Source: Octopus vulgaris
Lineage: Eukaryota
Length of the DNA stretch: 64,000 bases
NCBI GenBank assembly: GCA_951406725.2
Contig: OX597817.1
Location: forward strand, 119,970,001-120,034,000
Reading direction: 5' to 3'
Position 1 is the first letter of the stretch, and each line of letters begins with the position of its first letter. Of this stretch, positions 50,225 to 62,624 are shown piece by piece. The position numbers and the translations under genes are program-made. Below the pieces are notes generated by a model. That model was not told the DNA's origin. It did not search any database and saw only the letters and a program-made list of their open reading frames with translations.

Positions 50225-50544
50225 AATGTGTATTTAAGGGTATAGATAGAAATACACACAGATATGCATACACACACGTATATATGCATATACATCTACA
50301 TAAATATGCAACCATATACATGCTCACACGCTTAAAAATCTGCATGTACATATGTTTATAAAGTTGTCTACAATAAATCAAAATGTGAGAACGTTATGAA
50401 AACACTAAAATACACTGTTTGCTCAATGAGTAAACAAGAAAACTTTATTAGGTAATTGGACCTGCTAGAAATAGTAGCCAAATCATCTTCAAATTTCACT
50501 TTAACCTAAAGAAGGACATTTTAAACAATATAGCTCCTGATAGA

Positions 50545-52166
50545 CACTGGCCAAAATATGTTTAAGACTGATGATGACACTTCTATTCCTTCATTACTTT
50601 ATTTTTAACAAAACTGCATAAAATTATTTTATTTTTTACAGTTTATGTAGAATTTTTTTCTCTTTTGAATGACATAGGCATTATATATCTTTCTACAATT
50701 TGAATAATTTTAATGTGCAATTAATTCAAATGATTAAAAATTGTTGGCAAAATAAGTTTCAGATCATACCAACATTATATTGTTTAAATTGAAAATTTAT
50801 GGCACAAAAGATTAACGAACAAAAATTCTATATCCATTATTTTAAATTACAGCCTCACAACAGCAGGACATGGAGTTTGACAAATGAGCACAAAAATCAC
50901 TTGGAATGTTCTGTCATATTTCTTCAATAAAATTATATAATTGGGACAAATTTGTTGGTTTTTTTAGCATGAACTCTTTTAGAAACATAACTCCATAAAT
51001 TTTCTATTGGTTTCAAATCCAGGCTCTGCAGAGACCACTAAATAACCACCATATTACTGCACTCAAAATATTGCAAAACTTTCCTAGCCTTATGAATGGG
51101 GCAATTGTCCTGCTGGAAAATAGATCCCAGTGGCATCTGATTATTTAAGTATGGCAGTACATTTTCATTTACTAATAGCAGATAGCCTACACTCTTCAGT
51201 CTGCCATCAACCTTAACAATTGGACTAACACATAAGCTGCTGAATGCGACCCACATCATTACCCCCTCCCCCCCACACACACACCTCCCGCTTGTATTGT
51301 TTTCTTGACCCATTTAGGATGGAATTCTTCAGTTGGATGGCACCTAACATAAGTCTTTCTGGCTGATCCAAAGATGCAGAAGCAGGATTTGTGACTCCAA
51401 AGAACTTTTGACCAGTTTCAGCCGTCCATTCAAAATGGCTTTTAGCAAACATGATCCATTTCTGCCAATTTGTCTCAGAAATTATTGGATTCTTTCGAGT
51501 AATCTGGCCGAAAAGACCAAATTATTGTTTTATGTAGTTTCTGACAGTTTGTGGGGTAAAGCTGATGTCAGTTTCATCAGACAATTGCTTGCAAATGTCA
51601 ACTGCTGTTAGCATTCAGTTACCTTCAGAGAGCCTATAAATTTGCCAATCCATCTGTACTGTCATTTTTCTTGGGGTGCCCATTCTTTGCTGATCTTTGT
51701 ATTGACCAGTGGCTTGGTAAAGATTCCATGCTTGAATACAACCCATTTTGCTGCATCCTGATTGCTTGCTAATGTTCATGAAGGATACATTTTGCTGATG
51801 AAGCAACATAATCTTTGATCTAATAACTGGGCTGATACTACGATACTTTCCCATAACAAAGTAATGTGTAACAATGCTCAATTATTAAACAAAACTGTGC
51901 AGTATGACCAGCCATATGACCACCCATTTGGTTTATTAGTTTACACAATCTTGGTGCGGTCTTAAGCTTATCTTGCCAACAATTTCTAATCATTTGAATT
52001 AATTATTTGAATTGTAGAAAGATATATAACACCTGCATCATTCAAGAAAGGAAAAAAATTCTACATAAACTGTAAAAAGTAAAATAATCTCATACAGTTT
52101 TGTTAAAAATAAATTAATGAAGGAATAGAACTGTCATCATCAGTCTTAAACTTATTTTGGTCAGTG
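50545..52166 (-). mobile_element. Full-length decayed Tc1 (DD34E) transposon with TIRs of about 225 bp
   Basis: TIRs cactggccaaaatatgtttaagactgatgatgaca... / ...tgtcatcatcagtcttaaacttattttggtcagtg|TA; splits a family E repeat. Confidence 0.92.
50825..51854 (-). pseudogene. Tc1 transposase pseudogene
   Basis: MGK...GTPRKMT, GGEGVMMW..F, FQQDNCPIH, W...SLDLKPIENLW with 34 residues between D and E; stops and frameshifts. Confidence 0.9.
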
Positions 52167-52829
52167 TACATAAAGACAATATTCATATATATTTGCATGA
52201 TCAGAGATGACCTGGGGCTAAACAACAGCTACAAACATTACTTAATTCAACGTATTTGACTGTACACTTGGCAAAAATCAGCCATTCTTTTTTATTAGCA
52301 TCACACAAGAATGCCATAACAAAATACCATATAAATATTTAAATGGAAAAATTACATTTTAGAGAATAGAAAAAATTGGCAATCAATTCTGTATCAACAT
52401 TACAATCTCAAGGATGACGGATGCAATTTCTGTGCCAAAAAATCCACATCTAGTTTAAAACTAAAAAATTTATTTATATTTTTTTAATGTTATTTATAGT
52501 TAAACTTTTCTTTTTTCTTCAACAATATCTTTACTTACTTGTAAGTGAAAATAGAGGAGTTATATTTCAATGTTCCTTTCCCCCATATCTTATTTTGATC
52601 ATCTGGTTATACTGTGTCAAAACATATGCTAATCAGGCTAATAGTGTTTTTGTTTGTGTCAGTGATATTTGAATTATCATTGTCTGTGTTGTTGCTGTTG
52701 TCATTAATTTATATCAACAGAGTCACATACTGGGGTCAATTTTAATCAAGAATATCCCACTCTAAAATATGTGGCTTTGAGCCCAAGTTTTAAAAAATCA
52801 TTATTCTTTTCTATGGTAAATCATAGGGT

Positions 52830-53010
52830 AAGGGATTGGAAAAATTAGCATGGTGATGGAGAAACTCTCTTGCAGTATGTTCTGAATTCAATTTCTGCTA
52901 TGTCCAATTTTGCCTTTCATCCATTTCAGATTGATAAAATAAGTACCAGCCAAGTAAATAACTGTACCTCACTCTCAAATGTTCTAGTTTGGTACCAATG
53001 TAATACATCA
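52830..53010 (+). mobile_element. SINE family B, highly diverged
   Basis: gttctgaattcaatttctg...ttttgcctttcatccatttcagattgataaaataagtaccag. Confidence 0.6.
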
Positions 53011-53757
53011 ATATTGTGTTAAACTATAGTTCTTATTATGATACACCAGATTAATTACCATCTAAAATTTAAGTTCATCAATCTTTATTCTAAATTCAGA
53101 TTTCCTCAGATTCGAATTAATTTCTTATCGCTCCAACGTTGATAAATTAAGTAGAAGTCATGACTTGTAATCAGTTTAATTGATTATATACTTTTACACA
53201 CCTGAGTAATTTGTGTCATTTTATGAAATCAAAGTATTTCCTATTCTAATATTTATTACTATTTTGCTTTTTCTCTATTCATGAAAGGTTTGAGCTCAAT
53301 TACTCATTATAACCCGCCTATTCCTGCCCCTACTATTTATGCTGGAGAATTTTCTTCTATCTCAAAATGTAAAATGTCTCCTCTGTGGCTATCTGTGTCC
53401 ACCCACTGATATTGTAATATGCATCATGTATCAATGATGGTAAATAAGAAGTCTTAGCAAACATTTATGGTAGGTCAATGGCATGAGGAATATATATTTA
53501 TTTATAATAATAGTAAACAGTATCCACTGTAGCATGTGTAATATTCTAGAATAAATAAATGATTGAATGGTGACAAATTAAATGAAAGGACAAACATAAC
53601 AAACTGTGTAAATCTACCAACTGCCAGACAACCATAGTACAAATTTTCCTATTCCTCACAGGTGAAAATGTTGTCAAATAGTAATGGACCTTTACTTGAC
53701 ACTCATCGAGACATTCAGAGAACATGGACAATAAATTATTATTATTATTATCATTAG

Positions 53758-54161
53758 TAAGGCAGCGAGCTGGCAGAAATGTTAGCACACCGGGCAAAAT
53801 GATTAGCAGTATTTCGTCTGCCGCTACGTTCTGAGTTAAAATTCTGCCGAGGTCGACTTTGCCTTTCATCTTTTCGGGGTCGATTAAATAAGTACCAGTT
53901 ACGCACTGGGGTCGATATAATCGACTTAATCCGTTTGTCTGTCCTTGTTTGTCCTCTCTGTGTTTAACTCCTTGTGGGTAGTAAAGAAATAGGTATTTCA
54001 GCCATCACTATGTTCTGAGTTCAAATTCCTCCGGTCAATAAATTAAGTACCAGGGCCAATAAATTAAGTACCAGTGAAACACTGGGGTTGATGTAACCGA
54101 CTAGTCTTCTCCCCACAAATCTGAGGCCTTGTGCCTCCAGTAAAAAGGATTATTATTATTA
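53758..54161 (+). mobile_element. SINE family B, dimeric, in (ATT)n
   Basis: tggcagaaatg A-like box, B box, gaggtcgactttgcctttcatcttttcggggtcgattaaataagtaccag; second monomer from about 53993; (att)n tail. Confidence 0.88.
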
Positions 54162-55134
54162 TCAAGTATTGTAGTAGTAGTAACAACAACAACAACAAAT
54201 TACATAGTACTTATTATTACAATTTCTGCTAATATTATTAGTGGTATTTATTAGTATAGAAAATTATTATTGCTAATAAAACCAGCAGCTGAGGAAATTG
54301 ATAAAGGGCAAACAAAATTGCCTTCTGGATTTAGTTACAAACTGCTATGTCTCAGTTATATCATGCTGTTATATCATGCTGAATCAAATTAATCTTTATA
54401 GGTTTTTCAGGTTAATAAAATATGTAACAGCCAAGTAACAGGGCTGATTTAATTGACTGCTCCATTCCCTTCAAATTTGTAAACTTTTGTCAAATTTAGA
54501 AATCCTTGCAAACATACACAAACACACACATGTATATATACATAAATGCATATATACATAAGTACATGTGTGTGCATGTATGTGGTGTGTGTGTGTGTGT
54601 GTGTGTGTCTGCAGTAACCTAAAGATTGATAAACAGTGTCTGATGCTCACTTTTGGTTTTGTTGTTATTGAATATGCATGTATCATTTTAGAAAAAGGAG
54701 ATATTGAAGGTTAGAAAGATGAGAAGATATACTTTTTTTTTACTACTGAAAATTTAAGTTGAAAATAAAGGCTACAAACATTACAAATAATATAAATAAC
54801 AGAGCTGTTAAGAACAACTCACACTTCAAAATACTCCAGGGTATGCACTAAACAAAACACCACTTTAAAATATTCAACAGTTTGCACTTCAAAATTATTC
54901 ATAATGTTCTCTGCTTGTTTACAGTTTACTTTGTTTAAATGTGGGTATGTTATGCTTATGTTCACTATACATGTTGTTTATATGTGAAACCTCAGTAAAT
55001 GTGTGTGTTTTGATGTATCTACATAATTTGAGTACTTATGTGTAGTTGTGTTATTTTTACATTTTGTGATCTTTCTTCATTCTTTGCATATGAATATGCT
55101 GTCACATCATAAAGACATATGCTGAATTGTTATT

Positions 55135-55305
55135 ATAAGAAGATTATTATTAAGTTAAGTTCAAATCCTGTCAAAGTCAACTTCCTGCTTCATTACTCTG
55201 GAGTCAATAAAATAAAATACCAGTTAAATACTGGGCACTAGCATTGATGGTACCAATTTAATCTCCCCCACAAATTTTAGGCCCTGTACCTCTACTAGAA
55301 ACAAT
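55135..55305 (+). mobile_element. SINE family B, diverged
   Basis: gttcaaatcctgtcaaagtcaac...gtcaataaaataaaataccag...aggccctgtacctctactagaaac. Confidence 0.6.
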
Positions 55306-55339
55306 TATAATTATATTATATTATTGATATTATATTATA

Positions 55340-55726
55340 GGCGCACGAGTGGCTGTGTGCTAAGTAGCTTGCTAACCAACCACATGGTTCCGGGTTCAGT
55401 CCCACTGCATGGCACCTTGGGCAAGTGTCTTCTGCTATAGCCCTGGGCTGACCAATGCCTTGTGAGTGGATTTGGTAGACGGAAACTGAAAGAAGCCTGT
55501 CGTATATATATATATGTATGTATGTGTGTGTGTTTGTCCCCCTAGCATTGCTTGACAACCGATGCTGGTGTGTTTACGTCTCCGTCACTTAGCAGTTTGG
55601 CAAAAGAGACCGATAGAATAAGTACTGGGCTTACAAAGAATAAGTCTCGGGGTCAATCTGCTCAACTAAAGGCGGTGCTCCAGCATGGCTGCAGTCAAAT
55701 GACTGAAACAAGTAAAATAGTAAATA
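55340..55726 (+). mobile_element. SINE family A, full-length
   Basis: Aligns to 13923-14336. Confidence 0.92.
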
Positions 55727-58700
55727 GTAACAGTAGATATTATTAAAACATTGGAGTGTCTGAAATGGTAAACTCTACTAGATTAAATTTTAGCATTTAG
55801 TTCTATTCATCTAAGTTCTCAAGAAAAATCAGACAAGTCACTCTCTGGGTGAATAAGAAAATGTAGCATTTATGTCTTATTTCAACTGCTATCAATTATA
55901 CCAATCCCTTCACTACATAGTTTTGCATTCCTGAAATTATGCAACAAATCAACAGATGTTTTTGTTGTAAGAATTTAGTCACAAAGTACTTTTTTCTTTA
56001 TTAGTGAATCTATAAACATATAGAACAGGAATGGAAAGCAAAAAAACAGTTGTAGATGACAGTAAACTTACATACATAAACACAGACTTAATAAAATCAC
56101 TCTAAAAACCATTACACTCTTCACAAATACTGTTCTTTATAATCTCTGTTGACCTTTCATACTGTCCTCTCACTTCAAATATTTGTGACTGCATCATAAA
56201 GTCTAGGTTTTACCTTCAGATCCAGAAAATACTTTATCTCTGAATAATCCCAGAGCAGATTACTTCGTAAGTTAATACAGAGTTTAAAACGTGAGCGATT
56301 ATGATTAAGTAGGGATATAAGACAGAGAGACAGAAGTTCCAAACTAAGACAGTCAACAAAATGACAAATTGCACACAAAATGTCCAGTGCATAATCTAGA
56401 ACAAGCATTATATTTCTATCATGATGCTGGTAATCTCAATGACACTTAACAGAGATGTTATGAATTTATATTTTCATACAGATAGAACACATAAAAAGAA
56501 ATTACAATCCAAAATCTCTTCCCCTTAACATGACAATAAGAGCGAAAACGTAGCTCATGCTATTAAGTATTCTGATAAAAAAACGTCTATATTGTTTTTG
56601 TTTTGAAACTATTTCTATTTTACATTATAACCTAGCGTAATACATTACCCACGGGATGAAACTCAATACCGCTAATCAGAAGCCTTTGAAATATACATAA
56701 TACACATGTACAAATTCTGATATCATTTTAGCATTTATATAATGAATGTATTTTTCAGCAAATATTGCCTATTATAATAAACATTCCTTCAACACAGATA
56801 TTTTCTATTTTCCATGTTGAACTAAATAAAAATATTTACACAATATGTATTACATTTTTGATCCATTGACAAATGATATTACGTTTTATTTTCAGTTATG
56901 AATCCATTCTCTTATATTTGCCATTGGAATAGATTTGAAGTCAATATAATTTTTTTTTTTCTCAGATGTGGATAAATTATAACTCCTCTAAGACAAAGTG
57001 ATATATTTGTCTGAACAGTATACTTCAATAAAACACCAAAAGCAGGTCATAAAGCATATATTTCATTTTGAAGAGAATATCCAAGTCTCGCCTCATTAAA
57101 TGATTAATGAATTTTTTTTCTAATATGACTGATGTATTAATTTTCCCTTTCAAGAAAAACGTTTTAAAAAATCAGCTTTTATCTCAAATTAGTAAAATGT
57201 TTCAGTTTACTTTTCATTAAGTAATTAAGTTGCTCTAAATTTAATTAACTCCACTTTGCTACTGACTAATTTAGGATTTTTTAAATACATTTATTACAGT
57301 AGCTGGCACATTTCACTAAAGAAAATAAGACATATTTTGATAGGAAAAATCACGTTATCTTTAAATTACAAAGACAATTACTATTAAAGAAAATCTTAGG
57401 GTATTTAATAGAGTTAAGATGCCGAGAATATAGCACAAGTGAAATGAAAGGCACAGTCTTCAGTAATATAGCTAATTTCCAATATCAATTTTGCAAAATG
57501 CTCTAATTTCATAGAGACATTATTATTATTAGCATCATAAGCAGCAGCAGCATTGCTTTAATGTCTATTGGCATACATTGGATAAGTCTGCAGTGCAGCA
57601 TATAACTGTAGCTAATACCTTTAATGCCTAGCTGCATTTTCAGCTCACATGCACACAAACTTAATGCAAGTTAGCATGCAACATCTAAGAGATTCAACTC
57701 ATTCTTCTCTAGCAGATCTGAATTCATTGCCAATGTCACAGTACCATTCCAGATCACACTTCTAACACGTGTCATATAATCAGCCTTCATATCATTTATC
57801 CCTTGTAGATCTGCTATATTCCTTTACTTCATATATTTGCCTGTAAAAACCTCTGTTGTTGACCTCTGACAGTGTTCCAATAAGGATATCTTTTCTCCAC
57901 ATTATTCCTAATTTAACAACTTTTACTAATGATATTGCCATTTCAGAATTTTTTTAATTTTTATTCTCTCAAAGAATGAACTTTGGCACTCACTGAATAA
58001 TGCTGTTTGAAATATACTAAATGATAGTCTAATTTGTACTTAAATCAATTTGCGTATCCAAACGCTTCACAAACGCTAATATTTTTATTTTATTTTAATT
58101 TTTACATTGCTCTTATTTGAAAGATAAATGTTGTGTAAAGAAAACACAAAATAAAATTAGAACAAAGAAAAGTTATTTCCTTTGGGTTCTTCTGTAGTTA
58201 TTTTTAAATATAAAAAACACTCACAAAGGAAAAGAAGTATGTTGTTGATATGAATGTATACTTTTAATATGGTAAACATAATTTCCATTTAATTATTTCC
58301 CAATGAAACCAATATCTTTATAATAAACTGCTTGCCCTTCTTTGTCATAAATTAATTTCCTTCTTAAATTTTATCTCTTTATCACAATAACATTCTTATT
58401 TGAAGATTCTTCAGTAAAGAAAAATACAAACAGAAAGAGATGACACCATTTTGTTCATACTCTGTTACTACAGGAAATCAAGAGTGAAATTATGGTCAGT
58501 ATGTATATAAATGTATATACAGTAGAGATTACGCTGTGTAGAATGAATATTATCCAATCAACATTAATCATCCATCATCCAGTGTTATCAAGTGAACTAA
58601 AATTGTATTTTGACAATGAGTAAGAAATCAATTAGGACTATCATATTTCATTAACTTTTAATGATTTATTAACTTTATTTCTAACAGCATTTTAAAATGC

Positions 58701-58844
58701 ATTCTCATATACTTCTGTTTCAAAATAATTTTATATGTTGCTCAAGTCTGCTCCCCTAGATATTTTAGAGGACTTTAAGAAAGAGATAGTTATCTTTTGC
58801 TAAAATTATCAAATGTGGCATACATTTTTTTTACTTCTTAAAGA

Positions 58845-59060
58845 ATCTTTTCAGCTCAAGGCACAAAGCCTGAATTTTTTAGGGAAGGGGCCAGTTGATT
58901 AGATTTACCCCAGTACACAACTGGTACTTAATTTATCGACCCCAAAAAGACGAATGGCAAAGTCGACCTTGGCAGAATTTGAACTCAGAACGTAAAGACA
59001 GACGAAATACTGCTAAGCATTTTGCCAGGCATGCTAATGTTTCTGCCAGCTTGTCACCTT
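58845..59060 (-). mobile_element. SINE family B
   Basis: ggcacaaagcctgaa...ctggtacttaatttatcgacccc...ggcaaagtcgacc...tttgaactcagaacg...ttctgccagct. Confidence 0.82.
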
Positions 59061-59180
59061 CTTAAAGAATTTCTTGGCAAGGTAAGTAAAATTGTCTTCA
59101 TTAAAATACAATACAAAGTCAGTATCTTAAGCTTGCAAACAATATATTTTCCCATACATAGAAATACAGCACAAAGCTAT

Positions 59181-59580
59181 TCTTTTACTCTTTTACCTAT
59201 CTCAGTAGTTTGACTGCAGCCATGACATTTTAGTTGAATGAATCAGCCCTAGTACTTAATTTTTTTAAGATGGGTATTTATTCTTTTGCCAAACTGCTAA
59301 GTTATGGGAATGCAAACACATCAACACTAGTTGCCAAGTAGTGGTGGTGGAGACAGACAAAGACACATGCAGACAAAGTTACACACACACACACAAACAT
59401 ATATATATCTATATATATATGATGGGCTTCTTTCAGTTTCCCTCTACCAAATTCACTCACAAGGCTTTGGTCAGCCTGAGACTATAGTAGAAGATACTTG
59501 CCCAAGGTGCTATGTAGTGAGACTGTAACCAGAACCATGTGGTTGGGAAGCAAGCTTCTTACTGACAGCCACATTTGCCA
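59181..59580 (-). mobile_element. SINE family A, diverged
   Basis: gggcttctttcagtttc...cactcacaaggctttggtc...agaagatacttgcccaaggtgc...aaccatgtggttggg. Confidence 0.8.
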
Positions 59581-61342
59581 CTCCAAATATATTTTTAAGC
59601 GATTTAGCATAAACTTAATGAGTAAAATGCCAGCCATATTATCAGATTAGATGTGAACTACTCAACAGAATTAGCCAGAGTTAAAATGTATGAGTCATTA
59701 AAATTTGAAACAAGATACAGAAATAATTCATCTCTGATCTAGTATTTATTCTGATGAGAAATTTTTCTCTTTAAATAGCTACACTTTCTCTATTTATCTG
59801 TGAAATGATACTTAATTTGTACCCTAAATTAATGCCAACACCTAGCACTTTGATGTCTTTCATAAAGTTCACTCAGATGTGAATATTTAAATAAGGTTAG
59901 GGTTAGGTGAGGATAACTTTCTCCCTTCCTCCAGCAAGGCACAGTGCTTATCATCACTCTACAGAGGTAAAGGGCACTAGAAAGATGTAAGAAGTCATCA
60001 TTATTATCATTTTTAACATTTATGTACGCAATATAAGTATGGAAGATAAAAATGACTTTAAATTGAAGATTACATTTATGACATTTGATTGTTAATTCAG
60101 CTGCTTGTATGAAACTTCAAGCAATATTTAAATAATTATCTTCTAATGTTCTGTTCACAAATCAGAATTATATGGCATTTGGAATGTCTTTTCTCTTCAC
60201 TCTTTCTATTTTCTTTCATGATTTCCCAATAATTGTAATATATGCAAATTATATTATTTAAGCAGTAACATTCCTGTGTTTAATTAGTGCATTATAACAA
60301 AGTTCAGAAATGAAATTTGTCTCTCATTCAAAAATATATTTTAGCAAAGAAAATTAGAAATGTAAACCGGGAATGAAACAAAATTTGGAAATAACATCAC
60401 TAACTTTTGAAGGATTTTTTTTACAAGTATTGTATTAAAGTGTATTATACGTGTAACATTAAAATGAAGGAATTTGTAGTCTTGCAAATCATCACAAAAG
60501 GAATGGATTTTATACTACATTCTATGTTGTTTTGAGTATCTGGGATGAAAGAACACTAGCATATCATGTTCCCTAACGAGAATTACTGTATTTCTGTCAG
60601 TTGCATGTTCTGGTGACAGTACTGAAGTATAAGAGAGAGAGCATGCATGTGCATGCGTGTGTGTGTGTGCATGTGTGAAGGTAATAGAAAAAATTGACAT
60701 AAAACTTGAGAGGACAATTTGAAATAAGAGACTAACAGCTCACAAATCAAAGCTTTAAATTTGTATATAAATTATGTTTTAGCAAATTCAATAGCTACCA
60801 CTTCTATTTCATGGCAGAACTGGTATAAAAACCACCATTAAGAATTTCTCATGACCACATTTATAGGATGCACATTGCTTCTCCTTCAGAAGCAGTAAAA
60901 TAAATCTTACATTGTCTTTATTATTATCATTCTAAATAATATTTATTTCATAGAATTCATTATTAAAAGTCAAACAGTATATATCTGTGAGTATCTTTAA
61001 TCAAATTGGTTGAATTCACATAATTACAACTTTTGAAATAATGACTCTGAGCATTGAAAAATGCCATTTGGTTGCAATACTAAGTTCAAATTCTTCCACG
61101 AATTTCACTTAGAAAAGGATGGGATTCACAAGGTTGACTTGACATAAAATCACCATATAAAGTGCAAATCTTTAACTACCGTCTTTATCCCTCGATGACT
61201 TTTTGCATAAGGAATAATATTTATTTCAATAAGTTCTCATACAAATGCTCAGGCTGCAGATCAGTTTCAACCAGGTAAACATTGGAGGAGTCACAGAACT
61301 AATAGACTTTCTATGAGTTGATCTACCAACAATAATGTCTGC

Positions 61343-62431
61343 AAATTGACTGAAAGTTGACTACAGTAATCTTTCTCAACAGGTGGTACAGATTAGGAAC
61401 TTAATTGCTGCAAAGTTTACCATTTCCTATCTTTAGTTTCTGTAATTATTGAAAAATTCACAAACAAAATAAAATAAGTTAATAGTTTCAAAACATTTCA
61501 ATCTTGACCTTTAAATTAATTAATTCAACTTTTGATAATTATTATATTCATTCAATCAATTGATAATCACAGACATTTAACACTTGACTTTTAATAATGC
61601 TTTCCATAAAATAAATATTATTTATTGAAGAAAGGAATACAAAGAATATTCTCACAAGTGCAACATGTTTGTTTAAATTTGGGTTGTTATTAGAAAACAA
61701 CACATTATTCTGTTGCAAATTATTTGGTGATATTAGCACTATTATGTTTGTATCATCTTTTATTTGACTTCAAGACATAACTGAACATACTATTGAATTT
61801 TGAGTGTAATATAATAGCTGGTACAAAGAGGAAACTAAAAGGTTATTGCAAATAACTATATAATTTAAATAAATTAAAGATTTTCTTCACATTGATTTCT
61901 GTTTCAAACATTTCCAACATACAATCATTATTCGATAGGTCTAAAATATAGGAATTCAAAATGAAAAGGAAATTAAAATTCATTTTTGGAAAACCTTGTA
62001 TATTTCATGAACTGAAAGATTACAGAATTGAAAAAATATAATACACATTAGGTGCCTGATATATAACAAATGATATTGGTGTTTGAATTTTCTGGATAAA
62101 ATATTCTGTGTAAAATCCCACTTCATTGCACTAGACATGGGATACTTGACTATATATATAAGTAAAGATAAGATCCAAGGATCCAGGCATAGGAAGTTAG
62201 CAAGCTTTGAATGGTCTGTAGAAGGTACAAAAAACAACTTTCAGGAAAAATAGATGTTTATTGAAGTAGAAGATTGTAAAATGTTAAAGTTCAATAAGCT
62301 GAAAAAATTATTTTATAGTTCACAGTTAGCAACTAGGGTTGCTGTGTATATGAATAAACTTTGCAGCAATTAAGTTCCTAATCTGTAGCATCTGTTGAGA
62401 ATGATTGCAATAGTTAACTTTCAGTGAATTT
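61343..62431. repeat. Inverted repeat pair of about 77 bp (61343-61419 / 62355-62431)
   Basis: taaactttgcagcaattaagttcctaatctgta is exact between the arms; the remainder has scattered mismatches. Confidence 0.85.
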
Positions 62432-62475
62432 AGTCTTTCTCATTCACAAAATGGGCCCCACTTAATTTTGCTCAG

Positions 62476-62624
62476 ATTGGTTTCAATTTTGGTGTATCGA
62501 TGCAACTATGAATTTTGATTACGATCAACCAATTACTTTATCTTGTAAATTAAAGTTGGGAAATTTGGGCAATTTTAGCCAATCAACAGACAGAATGGCA
62601 TTAGCAGCTTGTCACCATGACAAC
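62476..62624. promoter_or_regulatory. Candidate promoter module: RFX X-box plus three CCAAT boxes
   Basis: GTCACCATGACAAC at 62611-62624 fits GTHNYYATRRNAAC; CCAAT/ATTGG at 62476, 62529 and 62579. Confidence 0.3.

Noticed and set aside
59751-59775. Other ctgaNga matches (939, 3121, 21845, 32134, 53103, 59751)
   Set aside because: No correctly placed stem II plus GAAA plus stem I.
59894-59907. ggttagggttagg telomere-like motif
   Set aside because: Only about two units; expected by chance.
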